A DNA stretch of 61,011 bases, counting the filler. It is 3 parts of 3 records of this genome, joined end to end, with 100 filler letters (N's around TTAATTAATTAA, not from the genome) between each part and the next. Parts side by side here need not be neighbours in the genome. Positions count along the whole stretch, not along the records: positions 54,176 to 61,011 come from SRR31156797_4694; 2 more parts are not named here. One strand, given 5' to 3'. Below the pieces are notes generated by a model that was given only the letters and a program-made list of their open reading frames with translations, was not told the origin of the DNA and ran no database searches. Position numbers and translations under genes: made by a program. This document shows, one piece after another, positions 57,101 through 61,011 of this stretch. How positions within the stretch are numbered: position 1 is the stretch's first letter; each line of letters opens with the position of its first letter.

Positions 57101-58876
57101 ATGAGTCATTTCAAGATAAATGAAGACGACCTGTTTTTTATTCTGAAGGATCAACTCAATTACGGTTCTTTATGCGGGCTTGAGCGTTATAAGGATCTTT
57201 CCGAAGAGACCCTGGATATGCTGGTGAACGAGGCATTGCGTTTTGCCCGGGGTGTAGTGGCCCCGCTTAATGAAATAGGCGAGTCCAGGGGATTGAAATT
57301 TGAGGACGGCCGTGTGGAATGCCCTCCCGAGTACAGGGAGTCTTTTTTACAATACGGCCGGTTGGGCTGGACGGCGGCGGCCAGGGATGAAGAATACGGC
57401 GGCCAGGGCTTCCCGCACATGATGCGCATAGTAATCAATGACTTGATGTACGGCGCCTGCCAGTCTTTCAACATGGCGCCGAGTCTGACCCATGGGGCGG
57501 CCCATTTGATTGAATCATTCGGAGCGGCGGAATTGAAGGAGAAATACGTCCCGAGGATGTTTAACGGCGAGTTTGCCGGAACCATGTGCCTGACCGAGCC
57601 CAATGCCGGTTCCAACCTGGCCTCCCTTAAAACGACAGCCTTTCCCGAAGGGGATCATTACCGGATTAAGGGGAACAAGATATTCATTTCCTGGGGCGAG
57701 CACGATCTGGCTGAAAATATAATTCATCTTGTTTTGGCCCGTATTGACGGCGCGCCCGATGGAATCAAGGGGATATCACTTTTCGTGGTCCCGAAATACA
57801 GGCTGAATGAAGACGGAAGCGTGGGCGACCAAAACGACGTGGTTTGCACGGGCATAGAAAAAAAGCATGGGCTTCATGCTTCGCCGACTGCGGCCTTGAG
57901 CATGGGCGGCCAGGACGGCTGCATCGGTCATCTATGCGGCCAGGCAAACATGGGGCTGGCTCACATGTTTCAGATGATGAATTCGGCGCGCATCAATACC
58001 GGGGTTTCGGGCATGGCCCTGGCCGGAACCGCTTATCGAAACGCGCTGGAATATGCAAGGGAAAGAATCCAGGGCGTGGATATCGCGAAAAGAAAGCCGG
58101 GTTACGTCCCCATCATCGACCATCCGGACATTCGGCGGATGCTGCTGTGGATGAAGGCCCAGGTGGACGGGATGCGATCCATGATTTACACATCTGCATA
58201 TTGGGCCGATTTGGCCCTGGAGATGCCGGATTCCGAGGAAAAGTTACATTATGCGGCATTGACGGAATTTATGACGCCGATTGTAAAAGCCTATTGTTCC
58301 GACATGGGCTTCCGGGTGTGCGAGACAGCCATGCAATGTCTGGGGGGTTATGGATATTGCAGCGACTATCCGATTGAACAATACCTGCGCGATGTGAAAA
58401 TTTTGAGTCTGTATGAAGGGACTAACGGAATACAGTCCATTGATCTGATGGGAAGAAAAATGTTTCTTAACGGCGGGGCGCCATACCAGGCCTATGCCGG
58501 CGAAATGAACAGGTTTTGTGAGAAAAACAGGGACCATGAGGGATTGGGAATACAGGTCCGTGCCCTGGCCGACGCTTTCGCGCGGGTTCAAAACATGGTC
58601 GAAGAAATGAACGAACGAAGGAAAGCCGATCCATTACAGTGGGCGTCGTACACGCAACCCTGCTTACTTACCTTTGCCGAACTGACCATGGTCCGTCAAC
58701 TTTTGGACATGGCCGTGATTGCTTACGATCTAGAACCGGAAAAGGACTTTTATGCGGGCAAAATAATGCAGGCGACTTTTTTCGCGGACATAACGCTGCC
58801 TCACGTGCTCGCCCGGGCCCAGACCAGCACCCGTTTGGGCAGGGAAATTATCCAGATGCCGGATGAAGCTTTTTAA
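57101..58876 (+). CDS. Acyl-CoA dehydrogenase (long, about 590-aa class)
   Basis: GTMCLTEPNAGS, KIFIS, KGISLF, MQCLGGYGY, YEGTNGIQ. Confidence 0.93.
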   Translation: MSHFKINEDDLFFILKDQLNYGSLCGLERYKDLSEETLDMLVNEALRFARGVVAPLNEIGESRGLKFEDGRVECPPEYRESFLQYGRLGWTAAARDEEYGGQGFPHMMRIVINDLMYGACQSFNMAPSLTHGAAHLIESFGAAELKEKYVPRMFNGEFAGTMCLTEPNAGSNLASLKTTAFPEGDHYRIKGNKIFISWGEHDLAENIIHLVLARIDGAPDGIKGISLFVVPKYRLNEDGSVGDQNDVVCTGIEKKHGLHASPTAALSMGGQDGCIGHLCGQANMGLAHMFQMMNSARINTGVSGMALAGTAYRNALEYARERIQGVDIAKRKPGYVPIIDHPDIRRMLLWMKAQVDGMRSMIYTSAYWADLALEMPDSEEKLHYAALTEFMTPIVKAYCSDMGFRVCETAMQCLGGYGYCSDYPIEQYLRDVKILSLYEGTNGIQSIDLMGRKMFLNGGAPYQAYAGEMNRFCEKNRDHEGLGIQVRALADAFARVQNMVEEMNERRKADPLQWASYTQPCLLTFAELTMVRQLLDMAVIAYDLEPEKDFYAGKIMQATFFADITLPHVLARAQTSTRLGREIIQMPDEAF

Positions 58877-58918
58877 ATTCCGATTTAATGGATTACTAAA
58901 ACCTAAAAGAGGCAACCG

Positions 58919-60172
58919 ATGAAAGACATAGTAATTGTCAGCGGAGTGAGGACGCCGGTAGGCCGGTACATGGGCTCATTAAAAACAGTGGAGGCGTATG
59001 ACCTGGCCGCCCTGGCGTTAAACGGGGTTATAGCTGTGGCGGGAATCGAGCCGGACATGGTTGACGAAGTAATAATGGGTCAATCATATCAAAGCGGGGA
59101 GTATGTCAATATTGCCCGCATGGCGGCATTGACGGCCGGTTGGCCGGAAGACGTCCCGGGTTTTACAATCGACCGCCGATGTTGCACCGGGCTGGAAGTG
59201 GTTCGGTTGGCGGGCGCCTTGATTTCGTCCGGCCAGGCCGAAATTGTCGTGGCGGGCGGAGTGGAAAGCATGTCCAATGCGGAATTCTATTTCCCGGGTA
59301 ATATCAAGTGGGGAATAGGCGGAAGAAAGGGCATGCCTCGAGGACACGGCGACCTGTCCATGTGGGGGATTCCCATGTTTGACAGGATTCAAAGGGCGCG
59401 GGTGATGAGTCAGCCTGAAAAACGGTATGGAATACTGCCTTCGATGATGTCTTGGGCGGAAACCGCGGCCAGGGAAGAAAACATCAGCCGGCAGGAGTGC
59501 GACGAGTGGGCTTGCCTGAGTCATCAAAAAGCATCCGCGGCCCAAAAGGAAGGCAAATTCGAGGATGAAATAATACCTGTTGAAATTCCTCAAATAAAGG
59601 GCGACACGGTTATTTTCAACACTGATGAAGGCCCCCGGCCGGACACAAGCCTGGAAAAGCTGGCCCGATTAAAGCCGGTTTTGGGCGGGGTATGTACGGC
59701 CGGCAATTCATCCACGGAAAATGACGGGGCCGCGGCTGTAGTTGTTATGTCGGCCGACAAAGCGGAAGAGCTCGGTCTTGAGCCTTTGGTTAAAGTGCAA
59801 GCGGTCGCAGCAGCAGGCGCCGACCCGACCAGGACCTATTTGACCGTTGGCAAGGCGGCCCGTAAAGCTCTTTTAACGGCCGGCTTGAAAATGGAGAACA
59901 TGGACCTGATTGAGGTCCAGGAAGCTTTTGCCGCCCAGGTGCTGGCCGATTTAAAAGACATGTGCGTGCCGCCGGAAGATTACGATAAAGTGAATGTGAA
60001 CGGATCCGGGCTTTCCCTGGGGCACCCTGTGGGCTGCACGGGCGTAAGGGTTTTGGTGACGCTAATAAACGAAATGCGCCGCCGCGGGGCCAGGTACGGC
60101 CTGGAATGTATTTGCGGCGGAGGCGGGCTTGGCATTGCCGCGGTGCTGGAGCGGTTTGGGGAAGGAGAATAA
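58919..60172 (+). CDS. Thiolase (acetyl-CoA C-acyltransferase)
   Basis: RTPVG, RRCCTG nucleophile, GGVESMS, TAGNSS..NDGA, QEAF, GHPVG, CGGGG. Confidence 0.93.
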   Translation: MKDIVIVSGVRTPVGRYMGSLKTVEAYDLAALALNGVIAVAGIEPDMVDEVIMGQSYQSGEYVNIARMAALTAGWPEDVPGFTIDRRCCTGLEVVRLAGALISSGQAEIVVAGGVESMSNAEFYFPGNIKWGIGGRKGMPRGHGDLSMWGIPMFDRIQRARVMSQPEKRYGILPSMMSWAETAAREENISRQECDEWACLSHQKASAAQKEGKFEDEIIPVEIPQIKGDTVIFNTDEGPRPDTSLEKLARLKPVLGGVCTAGNSSTENDGAAAVVVMSADKAEELGLEPLVKVQAVAAAGADPTRTYLTVGKAARKALLTAGLKMENMDLIEVQEAFAAQVLADLKDMCVPPEDYDKVNVNGSGLSLGHPVGCTGVRVLVTLINEMRRRGARYGLECICGGGGLGIAAVLERFGEGE

Positions 60173-60173
60173 G

Positions 60174-60944
60174 ATGAGCTACGAAAACCTGGTATTTGAA
60201 AAACTAGGGCATGTCGCCTTGATCACCATTAATCATCCGCCGGCCAATGCCTGGAATTTGGGGACGGCGAACGATTTCGAGGATGCCGTCAACAGGGTGG
60301 AAGAAGACAAGGATTTAAGAGTCATGGTTTTAACCGGCGCCGGGGAAAAATGTTTTTCCGCGGGCTTTGACGTATCCGATCCTGTGAACGGGCCTGAGGC
60401 CAGCAAGATATGCAGACGATTATGGACCCGCATCGACCGCTTAAGAAAGCCCTCGATCGCGGCCATTAACGGACATGCACTGGGCGGCGGTTTGGAACTG
60501 GCTCTCTGCTGCCATTTTCGCTACATGGCCGACAATCCCCGGGCCAGGCTGGGTTTGACCGAACTTAACCTGGGAATTATTCCCGGTTGGGGCGGAACCC
60601 AGCGGCTGATGCGGGTTGTCGGAAAATCCAGGGCCCTGGATATGATTATGTTTTCAAGGCGGCTGACAGCCCGGGATGCGTTGGATATCGGCCTGGTAAA
60701 CCAGGTTTGCAGCCCTGAAACCCTGATTGATGAAACAATGGCCCTGGCCGAGGCTTTGGCTAAAAGGCCGCCTTTGGCCGTGGGATATGTTCTCGAAGCC
60801 ATGGCGGCCGGCCAATACGAGGGAATAGACCGGGGGCTTGAGGTTGAAGAAGAGGCCAGCATGTCGTTAAGGGGCAGCCAGGATGCAAAGGAGGGATTTC
60901 AGGCATTCCTGGAAAAACGGGAGCCGGTTTTTACAGGGGAGTAA
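60174..60944 (+). CDS. Enoyl-CoA hydratase/isomerase (crotonase family)
   Basis: FSAGFD, GGGLE, TELNLGIIPGWGGTQRL (both catalytic Glu present); RBS AAGGAG before ATG 60174. Confidence 0.93.
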   Translation: MSYENLVFEKLGHVALITINHPPANAWNLGTANDFEDAVNRVEEDKDLRVMVLTGAGEKCFSAGFDVSDPVNGPEASKICRRLWTRIDRLRKPSIAAINGHALGGGLELALCCHFRYMADNPRARLGLTELNLGIIPGWGGTQRLMRVVGKSRALDMIMFSRRLTARDALDIGLVNQVCSPETLIDETMALAEALAKRPPLAVGYVLEAMAAGQYEGIDRGLEVEEEASMSLRGSQDAKEGFQAFLEKREPVFTGE

Positions 60945-61011
60945 ATGCGTATTATAGTGGTTCTCAAAAGTATTTTCCAAATAACCAGGGCATAAGAAGG
61001 GCACGGCGCGC

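Overview
The window is not one contiguous locus. It is three contigs joined by two artificial 100-bp spacers (N44-TTAATTAATTAA-N44 at 31753-31852 and 54076-54175). Contig 1 (1-31752) is from a Bacteroidota genome, judged by T9SS C-terminal domains and TAnnTTTG promoters. It carries a partial ppdK, a BNR/VPS10-type propeller protein, a heme-uptake-like cluster (T9SS-tagged HmuY-like protein, TonB-dependent receptor, HmuY-like lipoprotein, M23 peptidase), arfB, a DksA/TraR-family gene, typA, a T9SS alpha-amylase, a lipoprotein-lipoprotein-DUF5723 operon, an AsmA-family gene, aroC and a truncated DUF349 gene. Contig 2 (31853-54075) looks deltaproteobacterial (Desulfobacterota-like). It carries a CzcCBA-type metal efflux operon, a K+ channel, a SerK-like free-serine-kinase homolog translationally coupled to an ACT-ACT-SerB-like protein with a degenerate active site, a two-component system, a cold-shock gene, a MinD/FlhG-like ATPase + J-like/HTH protein + pepT operon, and a 1971-aa mosaic IPTL-CTERM surface protein. 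Contig 3 (54176-61011) has a PAS sigma54 activator divergent from a beta-oxidation operon with a clear -24/-12 promoter. The best candidate for an undescribed system is the SerK-like/pseudo-SerB pair, followed by the T9SS-secreted HmuY paralog cluster. No rRNA, tRNA, CRISPR array or intact transposase was seen. All family calls are by motif recognition only; no searches were run.
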